A stretch of 64,000 nt of DNA from an uncultured Candidatus Peribacteria bacterium (lineage in GTDB: Bacteria; Patescibacteriota; Gracilibacteria; BD1-5; UBA6164): assembly GCA_964500515.1 (NCBI GenBank), contig CAZCNE010000002.1, forward strand, positions 109,180 to 173,179. The letters run 5' to 3'. The notes under the pieces are model-generated. The model worked only from the letters and a program-made list of their open reading frames with translations. It was not told the DNA's origin and did no database searches. A program made the position numbers and the translations under genes. This document shows positions 48,408 through 60,913 of this stretch, in pieces (within the stretch, counting starts at the first letter, position 1; every line of letters starts with the position of its first letter).

Positions 48408-48409
48408 AA

Positions 48410-50359
48410 TTATTTTTTTAATAATCAGATAAAAGCTTCGCTTGGTAAACTTACTTTACCAAACTGTTTCATTTTTTTCTTTCAAGCTTTTTGTTTTTCT
48501 AAAAGTTTTCTTTTACGACTAATATCTCAACCATAAAGTTTAGCAGTTACATCTTTTCTTAGTGCACTTATATCTTCTCTAGCAACAACTTTTCATCAAA
48601 CAGCAACTTGTAATGCTATAGAAAATAAAGCTCTAGGAACTATTTCTTTAAGTTTTTTTGTTATTTTTCATCATATATGCACAGCTTGGCTTTTATGACA
48701 TATTTGACTAAGTGCGTCAACTTTTTCTCAAGCAATTAAAACATCTAATTTAACCAATTCATCTTCTTTATATTTTACAAATTCATAATTTAAACTTGCA
48801 TATCAACTTGATAAGCTTTTTAATTCATCATAAAAGTCTCATATAAGTTCAGCCATAGGTAATTCATAAGTTATCAAAACTCTTGTTTCATCAATAAAAA
48901 CTTGATTTACAAAAATTCCTCTTCTTTCTTGTGATAATTGCATCATATTTCAAATATATTCACTTGGAGTTATAATTTCACACTTTGCAATCGGTTCTTC
49001 AATAGATAAATATAATTCTCTTTTAGGTAAACTTTCAGGATTAGAAAGATAAATATATGTAAAAAGCTGAGCATTATCATATTTTTGTTCTTCAGATAAT
49101 TTTTCTAGTTTTATTTCTCATTTTTCATTTCTAAAAAATAATTCTGGACTAAATCTTGAATATTCTTCTATTTTATTTCAAGCTAATTTTACTCTATATG
49201 TTACTTGCGGAGAGGTAATAATTACATCCATATCAAACTCTCTATCAAGTCTTTCTTTTATTATATCAAGATGCAATAATCATAAAAATCAGCATCTGTA
49301 TCAGTGTCATAAGGCTGGACTAACTTCTGGATCAATTGTTAATGCTGAATCATTTAACATAAGTTTATCCATTGCAATAACAAATTGAGGATAATCGCTA
49401 CTATCAATAGGAAAAATTCAAGCAAAAATAAACGGTTTAACTTTTTTAAATCATTCAATCGCTTTTGCTTCTTCTATTTTTTTCTTTGTTCATTCTATAT
49501 CTTCGGGTTTCCATAAAGTATCTCATACTTTTGCTTCTCTAATTGATTTAAGTCAAGTTACTACATATCAAACTGATCAGTTTTCTATTTTTCAAGCTTG
49601 TGTGTATTTTGGAGAAAAATATCAAACATCTAAAGCTTCTATTTTTTTTCATGTACTTAAAAAATAAAGAAAATCTCATTTTTTTATTTCTCAAGAAAAC
49701 ACCTTTACATAACTTACAACTCATCTATAAGTATCATATTGACTATCAAAAACAAGAGCTTTAAGTTCATCTTTTGACTTATCAGAATTTTCAATATTTT
49801 TATTTACTTCAAATATTCTTGGTTGACTAATTCTTTCAATTATTGCATTTAAAATTGCTTCAACATTTTCTCAAGTTTTAGCAGAAACAGGAATTATATC
49901 TTCTTTTTTACATCAAAGTAAATGAATAATTTCTTCAGAAACTTTGTTTACATCAGCAGCTGGAAGATCTATTTTATTGATTACAGGAATTATATCTAAA
50001 TTATTTTCTATAGCTAAATATACATTTGAAAGAGTTTGAGCTTCAATTCATTGAGTAGCATCAACTACAAGTAAGGCTCATTCTACAGAAGCTAAACTTC
50101 TAGAAACTTCATATTGAAAATCAACATGTCAAGGTGTATCAATTAAATTTAGCTCATAATCTTTCCGATTCATCCTTACTGGTGTTAATTTTATTGTTAT
50201 TCATCTTTCTTGTTCTAAATCCATAGTATCAAGTGTTTGAGATTTTAAATCTCTTTTATCTATAGTTCAAGTTATTTCAAGAAGTCTATCAGCTAAAGTA
50301 GATTTTCCATGATCTATATGAGCTATAATTCAAAAATTTCTTATTTTAGATAATTGCAT
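48410..50359 (-). CDS. lepA: translation elongation factor 4 (LepA)
   Basis: 649 aa. [22 protein letters not shown], then DTPGHVDF (Gly is TGA 50129-50131, verified in frame), NKIDLP, and the C-terminal [13 protein letters not shown]. Confidence 0.9.
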
Positions 50360-50565
50360 AATTTTTATTAGCTAGTAATTTAATATATTTTATTAAAAAT
50401 GTGGAATTTGTAAAATTATTAATTGGCGAGAAGAAAAAAGCTTTTTTGAATTATAAATACATATTGTTTATTGGCTAGAAAATATTTATAATTTAGTATC
50501 AAATTATTTGATTTAAAAACAAAAAAATGATTTAATATTAGTATATTAATTAATTATTATTTTTT

Positions 50566-51657
50566 ATGGAATGAGCAGTATTTATCAATTCTAATTATCC
50601 GATAAAAGAACAACTTTTACAAGTTATGATTAACAATGACTGAAGTGATATGTATTTAACCGTAGGATCATACCCTGCAATAAAAATCTGATGAGAAATA
50701 CTTAGAATAGATGAATGAATTTCTGTTTTAAGCGAAGAAGATACGATAAATTTCGCAAAATCCTTAATAACAGAAAAGCAACACGAAGATTTAGTAAAAA
50801 ATAAAAATCTGGATTTTTCTTTTACATTTCATGAAAGAAGATTTAGAGGAAATATATCATTTCAAATGTGAAAATATATGGTAGTTTTGAGGTTATTGAC
50901 TTGAGTTATACCAAGCATAGATAATTTATGATTGCCTCAGATATATAAAGATATGACAAAATTATGACAATGATTGATCTTGGTTACTTGACCTACTTGA
51001 TCTTGAAAATCTACTACATTGGCATCCATTATTAATCATATAAATGAGCATGAAAACAAACATATAATTACTATTGAAGACCCTGTTGAATATGTACATG
51101 AGCATAGAAAATCTATTATAGAACAAAAAGAAGTCTGAAAAGATGTAAGTGATTTTTATAGTGCTTTAATGTGAGCTATGAGACAAAATCCTCAAGTTAT
51201 TTTGTTATGAGAAATGAGAACAAAAAATGAAATTCAACAATGATTAACTTTAGCTGAAACTTGACATTTAGTTTTTTCTTCATTACATACAAGAAATGCA
51301 TATCAAACTATATCAAGAATTATTGATAGTTTTGACTGACATGAACAAATTCAAGTAAGATTACAATTAGCAGAATCATTAATTGCTGTTTTTTCTCAAA
51401 GACTTCTAAGAAAAACAGACTGAACTTGATTAGTTTTAGCAAAAGAAATTCTTATAAAAAACAGTGCAATTTCTAATTTAATTAGAGAAAACGAATTACA
51501 TCAAATCCCATCAAGTATACAAATGTGAACAAAAGAATGAATGCAACTTTTAGAAAGAGATTTAATTGATTTAATTGTAAAATGAGCAATAACACTTGAT
51601 GAATGACTAAAATATGCAAATAATCCTAAATTTGTTAGAGATTGAATCAACTCTTAA
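50566..51657 (+). CDS. pilT: type IV pilus retraction ATPase PilT
   Basis: 363 aa. Walker A is LVTGPTGSGKSTT, with all three Gly codons TGA (50989, 50998, 51004). Also [16 protein letters not shown] and [10 protein letters not shown]. Confidence 0.9.
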
Positions 51658-52178
51658 TAAATTTCATTATTATAACATTCTTCACAATAAACTATTTCTT
51701 TTCTTTCTTTAGAATATGTTGTGTTTATTTTTCTTCTTTTTAATCATTCTTTTAGTAAAAAATCTTTGTCATTAAATGTATTTGTTTTTTTAGCTATCTT
51801 TTCACAGTCTTTACAATCACAAATTCTATTATAAAGTTTTCTTGGATTTCTTAGTTTTAATCTATCTAAATGCCTTCTATCTGGATGTCTTTTAGGAATT
51901 GGTAAATTGTGTTTTCTATAAAAATCTAATTCTTGTTTTATTATCTTGAATGGCTTTTTTGTAACTTCACACTCTATTGCCCGATTTAATATATCATCTG
52001 GTATATCTAATATTTTATCTGGTAGTTTATTTGCAGGTATAACTTTTTCTACTTTTGGAAATGCTTCATAATCAGACCAAATAAATCAATTATCCTTTGC
52101 TTCTTTTTTTGTTAATGGAAAATATTTATTTGCTGTTGTTTCATTATATCAAAAAGTTCTAATCGAACTTGGAAAAGT
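51654..52178 (-). pseudogene. C-terminal remnant of a conserved zinc-ribbon protein; no canonical start codon
   Basis: The frame is open for 174 codons between TAA 52179-52181 and the stop at 51654-51656. It reads ..YNETTANKYFPLTKKEAKDNGFIWSDYE...RAIECEVTKKPFKIIKQELDFYRKHNLPIPKRHPDRRHLDRL..RICDCKDCEK..VYCEECY. There is no in-frame ATG/GTG/TTG; only ATT at 52163. It overlaps the pilT stop by 4 nt. Confidence 0.5.
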
Positions 52179-52243
52179 TTAAATTACAAAGATACTTATA
52201 AAATTTTTTTACTCTAAAATAATTGCATTTGACTTTAGATTAT

Positions 52244-52269
52244 AAAAAAAGAAGCGATAAAATCGCTTC
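52244..52269 (-). terminator. intrinsic terminator after secY
   Basis: On the minus strand: GAAGCGA-TTTTA-TCGCTTC followed by T7. Confidence 0.65.
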
Positions 52270-52286
52270 AATTATATGACTATAAA

Positions 52287-53558
52287 TTATCTATATTTTG
52301 AATAATCAAACATTTTCATTTCACTATCTATTTTTCTTATCAAATCTAATATTGTGGAAACAAGTATTATAAGTCAAGCTCAAGAAATAAGAAAATCTAG
52401 ATTTTGTCCTTGAAATAATTTATCTAAAATATAAGGAAATACGGAAATCAAAGCTAAAAATGATCATCAAAATAAATTTAAACTAGCAGAAACTTTGGAT
52501 AAATATTTTGCCGTATCAACTCAAGGTCGTATTCAAGGAATATATCATCATCTTTTTTGAATATTTTCAGAAACTTGTTCTGTATTGAATGTAATTCATA
52601 CATAAAAAAACGAAAACCCTAAAACCAAAAGAAAGTATACGATTATAAATAACCAACTTGGATTTTGCAAACTAAAAAAGTTTAAAAGCCAAGTTCAAAT
52701 AGCTTTGGTTGAAGACGCTGTTGAATTTGACATAATCTGTCAAACAATTCAAGGAAAAGTTACTAAAGAAACTGCAAAAATTATAGGAATCATTCAAGCT
52801 TGATTTACTCTTATAGGAAAATATGACTTTTCTTCTCTTCAGGTCCTCGTATAAATCACGGGAATTCTTCTGTTTCATTCAGTAAAACTAATTATTATAT
52901 ATATAATTATTAATGTTGCAATTAACATTATAAAAAACGCTGTATATTTTCATGTTCATAAGTAGTTTAAAATAACAGAAGGAACTCATCATAAAACTCA
53001 AGACATAATTATTATACTTATTCAGTTTCAAATTCAATATTCTGTCATAATCTCTCATAACCACATCAAAAATAATGTTCAAGCAGTTGCAATTGTCATA
53101 GCAAACAAAGCAACTTTCCAATCAGCTATGTTTATAATAGTTCAATTAGCCAATTGATTTAAAACCAAAATCATTCAATAACTCTGTAAAAAAGCTAATG
53201 GTAAAGTAAGCCATCTTGTCATTTTATTTATTTTTCTTTGTCAAGCTTCTCATTCTTTTTGTAATTCTCATAATTTAGGAATAATAACTCATAAAAGCTG
53301 AAGAATAATTACTGCATTGATATAAGGAGAAAGTCACATTAATATAATCGAAAAATGACTTAATCATCATCACATTAAAGCACTAAAAAGCGATAATCCT
53401 TTTTGAGAATCAACCATCGCTTTTAATCATTCAGTATTTGCTCAAGGTATAGGAATTACTGACAATAATTTATAAACTATAACTAACAATAAAGTAGCTA
53501 TAATTTTTTTCTTTAAACTTTTTACTGCAAAAATAGATTTTATATAATCTCAAAACAT
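52287..53558 (-). CDS. secY: preprotein translocase subunit SecY
   Basis: 423 aa. ..LMGLSPYINAVIILQLL.., ..GNGISIIIMSGV.., ..AGMIPIIFA... It is the last gene of the r-protein operon. Confidence 0.9.
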
Positions 53559-53612
53559 AATAATTTTTATTAAATATTTATACCAAAAGTAGTAAGCATA
53601 AAAAACTCACTA

Positions 53613-54071
53613 CTATTTATTGTTAAATTCAATTTTTCATCAATTTTTTTCAATAATTTCTTGTGCTTTTTTTGAAGCTTTATCTAATTTTATATTTATT
53701 TTCCCTTTAAATTCTCAATTTCAAAGTAATTTTATTCACAAATCTTTTTTTCTTATCAATCAGTTATCAAGTAATACTTTTTTATCTACATCAACAATTC
53801 ATTTTGAAACTAGGTTTTCTAAATCATCTAAATTAATTATATTATAATTTATTTTAAACATAGAATTTGAAAAACCTCTAAGTTTAGGGGTTCTTCTAAA
53901 AAGAGGAGTTTGTCATCATTCAAACCATGGTCATGGATTTCATGATCTAGCGTTTTGTCATTTACAACCTTTTCAAGAAAAAGTTCACTTTCAAGATCAA
54001 ATTCATCTTCAAACTCTTTTTGATTTTTTTCTTGATCATCCGTTTGGTTTTAAGTTATTTAGAGATAACAT
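53613..54071 (-). CDS. rplO: 50S ribosomal protein L15
   Basis: [44 protein letters not shown]..., 152 aa, TAG stop. Confidence 0.9.
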
Positions 54072-54101
54072 ATTTCACTTATTTTAAATTATAAATTTAC
54101 A

Positions 54102-54587
54102 TTAATCTTTAAAAGATGTTAATGCTTTAATTGTTGCTCTAGCATTATTTATTTTATTGTTTGATCCTGTTCTTTTTGCTATAACATCAGAATATCAAGC
54201 TACATCTAAAACTTTTCTAGCTGCTCATCAAGCTATAATTCAAGTTCATTTTGATGCTTGATGTATCATCAATATAGCTGATTTATATTTAACTTTGACG
54301 TTATATGGAACTGTTCATTCTTCAATTTTTACAGTTTTCATCTTTTTTTTAGCATCATTAACTGCTTTTGCGATAGCTGTAACTACTTCTCAAGATTTTC
54401 AAGTTCAAAGTCAAACCTTTCATTTTCCGTTTCAAACAAGCATAACTGCTCTAAATCTTAACTGTCTTCAACCAGCAGTAACTCTAGTTACTCTATCAAC
54501 ACTCAATAATTCTTCTTTAAATTCTTTGTTTACAACATCAATTTGAGAATTATTTTTTTCTTTTCTTCTATCTTTAGGATTTACCAT
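54102..54587 (-). CDS. rpsE: 30S ribosomal protein S5
   Basis: ..LLSVDRVTRVTAGGRQLRFRAVMLVGNGKGKVGLGTGKSGEV.., 161 aa. Confidence 0.9.
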
Positions 54588-54606
54588 AAAATAAGTCTTT
54601 TAAAAA

Positions 54607-54945
54607 TTAAAATTTTAATCAAGCTTCTCTAGCTCAAGATGCCAAAGATTTAATTCTACCATGATAAGAAAAACCATTTCTATCAAAAACAACTTCTTTT
54701 ACTTTTTTTTCTAATGCTTTTTTTGCAATTTCTTCTCATACTTTTTTTGCACTTTCTGTTTTTGTAATTTTTCATTTACTTTTTAAATCACTAGCGTGAC
54801 AAATCACTTTTCAATCAATATCAAAAATTTGAGCATAAATAAAAGAATTACTTCTATATACAGAAAGTCTAGGTTTTTTTGAATCAGATATACTTGCTTT
54901 TATTCTAGCTTTTCTTTTTAATCTTTTTGTTGTTTTCTCTAACAT
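54607..54945 (-). CDS. rplR: 50S ribosomal protein L18
   Basis: ..[18 protein letters not shown]...[28 protein letters not shown], 112 aa. Confidence 0.9.
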
Positions 54946-55011
54946 AAATAAATTGTTAATAATTAGTAGTAAATACAAAATATTTTTTATTATTTCATAT
55001 TTATTAATTTT

Positions 55012-55554
55012 TTATTTTCCTGTTTTTCAAGCTTTTCTTCTAATTTGCTCTCAAACATATTTTATTCATTTTCACTTATATGGTTCTGGTTTCTTTTTTG
55101 ACCTTACTTTTGATGCAAATTCTCAAACTTTTTGCTTATCAATTCAAGAAATATGAATTACATTTTTTTCTTTTTCATCACTTGTTATTTTAATTCCACT
55201 TGGTGCTTTTATCTCTAATTTATGAGAATATCAAATACTCATAACCAATTTATCACTTCAAACAAGGTCAAATTTATATCAAACTCATGATATTTCTAAA
55301 CTTTTTTTGTAACCATTTGTAACTCACTCAACCATATTTTCTAAAATAGATCTAGTTGTTCACCACATAGGAATATTTTCCTCATTTTTAGGTTCTTCAA
55401 CAATCAAAGTATTTTCCTCTTTTTTTATTTTAATTCCTTTAGGTATTACAAACTCTAATTCTCAAAGTTTTCATTTTACTTTAATTTTATTAGCTTCAAT
55501 AGAAACTTCAAGATTTTCAGGTAAACTTATAGGTAATTTTCCAATTCTTGACAT
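55012..55554 (-). CDS. rplF: 50S ribosomal protein L6
   Basis: MSRIGKLPISLPENLEVSIE....[25 protein letters not shown], 180 aa. Confidence 0.9.
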
Positions 55555-55610
55555 AATTTATAATTAACAATTAATAGTTAATAATTAATAATTATTTACA
55601 TAAATATTAA

Positions 55611-56006
55611 TTAAAAAATTTCACAAAGCAATTCTCATCATACATTTAAAGTTCTAGCTTCATAACCAGTTATAATTCATTTTGGAGTTGAAACTATATA
55701 TATACCTTTTCAATTTCTAGATTTTTTTATATCTTTAGATCAAACATAAATCCTTTGTCAAGGTTTACTAATTCTGTTAAATGTTGGAATATATTTTGTT
55801 ATTCTAACATTATTAAGCTTTATAAATAAAGACTTTTTCTTATCTTCATTTTCAATAATTTCAAAATCTAAAATATATTTATTTTTCTTAATTATTTTCA
55901 GTATATCAGATTTAATCCTTGAATAAGGAACTGTTATTTCATTTATTCTAGAATGATATGCATTTCTCAATCTTGTTAATAAATCTGCAATTGGATCTAT
56001 TATCAT
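55611..56006 (-). CDS. rpsH: 30S ribosomal protein S8
   Basis: MIIDPIADLLTRLRNAYHSR.....[31 protein letters not shown], 131 aa. Confidence 0.9.
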
Positions 56007-56077
56007 AATAATTATAATTAAAAATTAATAATGGTAAAACAATAAATATTCAAAAAGTTCAATAAATTAAAATCTTT

Positions 56078-56299
56078 CTACCAACTAGATTTTCTTACTC
56101 AAGCTAATTCTCAAGCATTGGCTTTTTCTCTAAAACATATTCTACAAATTCAGTAGCTTCATAAATAACCTCTAATTCTTCAACAAACCTCACAGCAATT
56201 AAAAACTTTTGTAGCATATTTTGGTTTTCTACCATCTTTTATTGCTCTTAAGTAAGTTCTTTTTAATTTATTAGCTTTTGCTATTTTTGACTTTCTCAT
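56078..56299 (-). CDS. rpsN: 30S ribosomal protein S14 (Cys-containing, 73 aa)
   Basis: MRKSKIAKANKLKR...[40 protein letters not shown]. Confidence 0.85.
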
Positions 56300-56323
56300 C
56301 TAAAAGTATTAGTTATAAAATAT

Positions 56324-56863
56324 TTATTTTGAAAATGGAAATCAAATTTGTTTCAATAATTCTCTTCCAGCTTCTTTAGTTTTAGCAGTTGTTTTTATTG
56401 TTATTTGTAATCAGTTATTTTTTATAACATCGTCATGTGGAACTTCTAAAAATATTGAATGTTCTTTTACTCAAAAATTATAATTTCCTTCCTTATCAAA
56501 ACTTTTTTTTGAAATTCATCTAAAATCTCTAACTCTTGGCAATACAATATTTATTAACTTTTCAACAAAATTATACATATTATCTCATCTCAATGTAACA
56601 GCTAATCAAACTGGCATTCACTCTCTAAGTTTAAAGTTAGAAATAGATTTTTTTGCATACTTTACAGTCGGAGCTTGTCAAGCAATCAAAGATAAATGTT
56701 CTTTTAAAACAGAATAATCTTTATTTCAAGCTCTTAAATATGTTCAAATTCACATATTTAAAACAACTTTATCAAGTTTAGGAACATCCATAACATTAGT
56801 TATTTTAAGCGTTTCTTTTAAACTTGGAACAATTTCTTTATTATATTTTTCTTTAAGATACAT
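56324..56863 (-). CDS. rplE: 50S ribosomal protein L5
   Basis: [17 protein letters not shown]...[28 protein letters not shown]..., 179 aa. Confidence 0.9.
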
Positions 56864-56887
56864 CTTAATCAATTAAAAAAATAAATT

Positions 56888-57238
56888 TTACTTTAAGATA
56901 AATTCTTTAGCTTCTTTTTTTAGCTCTTTAACTGCATTTTTTGAAAATCTGTAATTTTTAGATTTTCATTTTTCTTCTATTTTCACAATTCAAACTCTTG
57001 TAGGTTTCTTAGTAAAAGGACAAACAAGCATAACATTTGAGACATCAATTGCTTTTTCAACTTTTATAATTTGTCAAGGATTTGTTCAAGATTTTTTTAT
57101 ATGTTTTGTTGCAATATTTATTCACTCAACAATAATTTTTCATTCTTTAGTATTCACATTTAAAACCTTTGCTTGTTTTCATTTATCTTGACTTTTTCAA
57201 GACATAACTTGTACTAAATCTCATTTTCTAATTTTCAT
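56888..57238 (-). CDS. rplX: 50S ribosomal protein L24
   Basis: MKIRKGDLVQVMSGKSQDKGKQAKVL...., 116 aa. Confidence 0.9.
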
Positions 57239-57302
57239 TTTTTCTATTTAAAATGGTAAAATAGTAATTTTTTAAAATAAATATAATTAAATTATTTAAA
57301 AT

Positions 57303-57671
57303 TTATAAAACTTCTGGAGCCAGACTTATAATTTTTTGGTATCATTTTATTTTCAATTCTCTAGCTACCGGTCAAAATATTCTTGTTCATTTTAAACTCT
57401 TATCATCTCAAATAATTACACAAGCATTGTCATCAAATCTAAGATATGTTCAGTCCGTTCTTCTTATTTCTTTTCTTGTTCTAACAACAACTGCTTTAAC
57501 TACTTTTTTCTTTTTTATATTTCAATCTGGTAATGCTTTTTTTACACTACAAACTATAATATCTCAAATACTTGCATATCTTCTATGAGATCATCCTAAA
57601 ACTTTTATGCATTGAACTAATTTTGCTCAAGTATTATCAGCAACATTTAGTATTGATTCTGTTTGTATCAT
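57303..57671 (-). CDS. rplN: 50S ribosomal protein L14
   Basis: [40 protein letters not shown]...FGPVARELK.., 122 aa. Confidence 0.95.
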
Positions 57672-57715
57672 AAACTTATTACAAATTAATAATTAATTTA
57701 ATTTCAAAAAATAAT

Positions 57716-57970
57716 TTATTTTATATTATTATTTTCTTTATCCTCCTTTGGATCTAAAACAAGCCATCTTTTAGTTTTTGATATTGGATTAGTTTCTTTA
57801 ATAACCACCATGTCTCATTCTTTGTAAATGTTATTTTCATCATGAACATAATATTTACTTGTTGTTTTAAATCTTTTTTTATATTTTGGATGTTTTTTGT
57901 AGTTACTTGTTGAAACAACAATCGTTTTATCCATCTTTGAACTAGTAACTATTCATTTTTTTGTTCTCAT
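57716..57970 (-). CDS. rpsQ: 30S ribosomal protein S17
   Basis: [20 protein letters not shown]...[30 protein letters not shown].., 84 aa. Confidence 0.9.
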
Positions 57971-58015
57971 TTATATATAATAATTATAAAATTAAGTATT
58001 TTTTACAATAATTTC

Positions 58016-58204
58016 TCATTTTATTTTTGCTATATATCTTCTCAAATTCTTTATAAGATGAGATTGTTTTAACTCATCAGATTTATGTTTCATCTTTAAA
58101 GAAAATAAATTTTTTTCTGCTTCTTTTAATTCTTTATTTAATGTATTTAAATCCATTTTAGAAATATTTTCAATAGATTTTTTTGTAGTTTTCTTTTCTG
58201 CCAT
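58016..58204 (-). CDS. rpmC: 50S ribosomal protein L29
   Basis: Intact in the track (62 aa): ..LNTLNKELKEAEKNLFSLKMKHKSDELKQSHLIKNLRRYIAKIK. Its position between rplP and rpsQ fits. Confidence 0.85.
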   Translation of the reverse strand: MAEKKTTKKSIENISKMDLNTLNKELKEAEKNLFSLKMKHKSDELKQSHLIKNLRRYIAKIK

Positions 58205-58215
58205 AAAATTTTTTA

Positions 58216-58620
58216 TTAATCAACTAAGATCTTTGTTTTTATAGGTAACTTATACGACGCTAGTCTTAAAGCCTCCCTTGCAACTTCTGGTTTTACTCAA
58301 GTTAATTCAAAAATTATCCTACCAGGTTTTACAGGAGCTCTATACATTTCTACAGATCATTTTCAACCTCACATTGGAACTTCTAGAGGTTTTTTTGTAA
58401 ATGGAACATCTGGAAAAATTCTTATCCAAATTTTTCATCATCTTTTTATATATCTAACCATAGCTCTTCTTGAAGCCTCTATTTGTCTTGAAGTAATAAA
58501 ACCTCTCTCAACTGTTTTTAATGCAAAATCTCAAAAAGCTATTTCAGATCATCTTATTGCTTTTCATTTCAATCTTCATCTTTGTTGTTTTCTATATTTA
58601 GTTTTTTTTGGTTGTAACAT
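58216..58620 (-). CDS. rplP: 50S ribosomal protein L16
   Basis: [21 protein letters not shown]....[28 protein letters not shown].., 134 aa. Confidence 0.95.
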
Positions 58621-58661
58621 AAAAAGTAATTTAAGTATATAAAAATATTTCAAAAGTCAAG

Positions 58662-59303
58662 TTAAACAGATTTCTTCTTATAAATATCTCATTTATAAAC
58701 CCATACTTTCAATCATATAGTTCAATAAACTGTTTCTGCTCTTGCTTGAGAATAATCTATATCTGCTCTAATAGTTTGAGTTGGTATATTTCATTCTTTA
58801 AAAGTTTCATTTCTAGCAATTTCTGCTCAATTTAATCTTCAAGAAATCTTTATTTTTATTCATTTAGCTCATTTTTCCATAGCTCTCATAATAGCTTGTT
58901 TGATAACTCTTTTATAAGGCATTCTTTTCTCTATTTGATTTGAAATTGTATAAGAAATTATTTTAGAATTAATATCAGGTTTTTTTATTTCTTTTATATT
59001 TAAAGAAATTTTTTCTCAAATACTGCTTTGAATTATAGATTCTATTTTATCTTTTTGTTCTCAAGTTTTTCATAAAATTAAAGCTGCTTTAGAAGTATAA
59101 ACATCTATACTTATTATGTTATCACTTTTTGAAACAAAAATATCTCAAACCGGTATTCATTTTAATTCTCTACTTAATAATTTTCTAATTTTTAAATCCA
59201 ATTTTAAGAAATCAGCATATCCTGTCTTATCAGAATACCAAGAAGATTTCCATGTTTTTATATAAGGAATTCTAAAGGCTATTGGACTTACTTTGTGTCA
59301 CAT
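58662..59303 (-). CDS. rpsC: 30S ribosomal protein S3
   Basis: MGHKVSPIAFRIPYIKTWKSSWYSDK....[30 protein letters not shown].., 213 aa. Confidence 0.95.
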
Positions 59304-59399
59304 AATTTAATAATTAATAACTAATATTTAATAAAAATAATTTCAATGGAATAATAAATCAATCTAAAAACAATTATTTATTATAAATTATTATCTGTA

Positions 59400-59726
59400 T
59401 TATTTTGCTTGTAATTCTATTTTCAAGTTAGAAGTTCTTTTTAAAATAGAATGCATTCTTCATCTGGAAATAGACTGTCATCTTTTATAAACAATTCATT
59501 TTGAAACTATCAATGTTTCTATATATAAATTATTTATATCTTGGTTATTGTTATGTTCAGCATTTTTCATAGCACTATATAATGCTTTATACAAAATTTT
59601 AGCTCATTTGTTTGGAGCAAATTTTAAAAAATCTAAAGCATCATTTACATTTTTTCATCTAACAACTTCAGCTGACACTCTAAGTTTTTTTGGAGATATT
59701 CTTACATTTTTTAGATTGGACTTCAT
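59400..59726 (-). CDS. rplV: 50S ribosomal protein L22
   Basis: MKSNLKNVRISPKKLRVSAEVVRGKNVNDALDFLKFAPNKGAKIL.., 108 aa. Confidence 0.9.
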
Positions 59727-59749
59727 TATTACATTTATTAAAAAAATAA

Positions 59750-60016
59750 TTATTTCTTTTGGTTTGGATGAGATCTAAAAATCCTAGTGAAAGAAAATTC
59801 TCATAACTTATGTCACACCATATCTTCAGTAATAAAAACTGGTGTATGAGTCTTTCAGTTATGAACTCAAAAAGTGTGTCATACAAATTCTGGAATAACA
59901 GTACAATCTCTCGCCCAAGTCTTAATAATAGATTTTTTCCCTTGTTCATTAAGTTTCAATACTTTTTTTAAAAGCCTGTCATTAATATAAGGTCATTTTT
60001 TTAAACTTCTAGACAT
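59750..60016 (-). CDS. rpsS: 30S ribosomal protein S19
   Basis: MSRSLKKGPYINDRLLKKV...[48 protein letters not shown].., 88 aa. Confidence 0.95.
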
Positions 60017-60041
60017 AAAATTTTTGTTAAATAATTAGTAA

Positions 60042-60890
60042 TTACGATTGCATCAATTTTCACTTTCTAGTTCTTAATATCCATTTATTTGAATTTTTTC
60101 TTCTTTTTCTAGTTTTTAATCAAAGAGCAACTTTTCACCATGGAGTTTTTGGAGCTTTTAATCAAATAGAAGAATGTCATTCACCTCACCCATGCGGATG
60201 ATCAACTGGATTCATCGATTTTCAAAGAACTGTTGGCCTTTTTCACATCCATCTTGATCTTCAAGCCTTTCATATAACCAACATATTATGTTCAATATTT
60301 GAAACTTGACCTATTGATGCATAACATTTTTTATTTACTATTCTAATTTCTCAAGAGGGCATTTTTACTTGAGAATAATCTCATTCTTGAGAAATGATAG
60401 TTCAAGATGCTCAAGCTGATCTAATAGAACTAGCTCAATGTCAAACTATTAATTCAAGATTATATACACTTATTCAAACAGGAATATTTCAAACTTCCAT
60501 TCTATATCAATTTTTTAAAGGAGTTTTTTGGGATGTTTTTATCTTATCTCAAACTTTCATATCCTTTGCTGCAAGCACATATCTTCTTTCTCAATCTTTG
60601 TAACAAACAAGAGCTATATACGCACTTCTATAAGGATCATATTCTATACTTTCAATTTTTGCTTCAATATCTAACTTATCAGTAAAATAAAAATCTATAA
60701 TTCTGTATTTTTTAGCATGTCCTCCTCATTTATGTCTAACTGTAATTCTTCATGTATTATTTCTTCAAGCAGTCTTTTTTAATTGAACTGTCAATGACTT
60801 TTTTGGTTTTTGACTTGTAACTTCTTCAAATGTATATCAAGTCATTTGTCTTCTACCAGGAGTAGTAGGTTTAAGTTTCTTTATAGCCAC
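60042..60890 (-). CDS. rplB: 50S ribosomal protein L2 (GTG start)
   Basis: (V/M)[16 protein letters not shown]....[21 protein letters not shown].., 282 aa. Confidence 0.95.
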
Positions 60891-60913
60891 AGTTTTTAAA
60901 TTAAAAATTAAAT

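Noticed and set aside
50417-50485. Two copies of TTGGC(G/T)AGAA 48 nt apart in the lepA-pilT divergent spacer, considered as an operator.
   Set aside because: There are only two short copies and no palindromic structure. This is not distinguishable from chance without genome-wide data.
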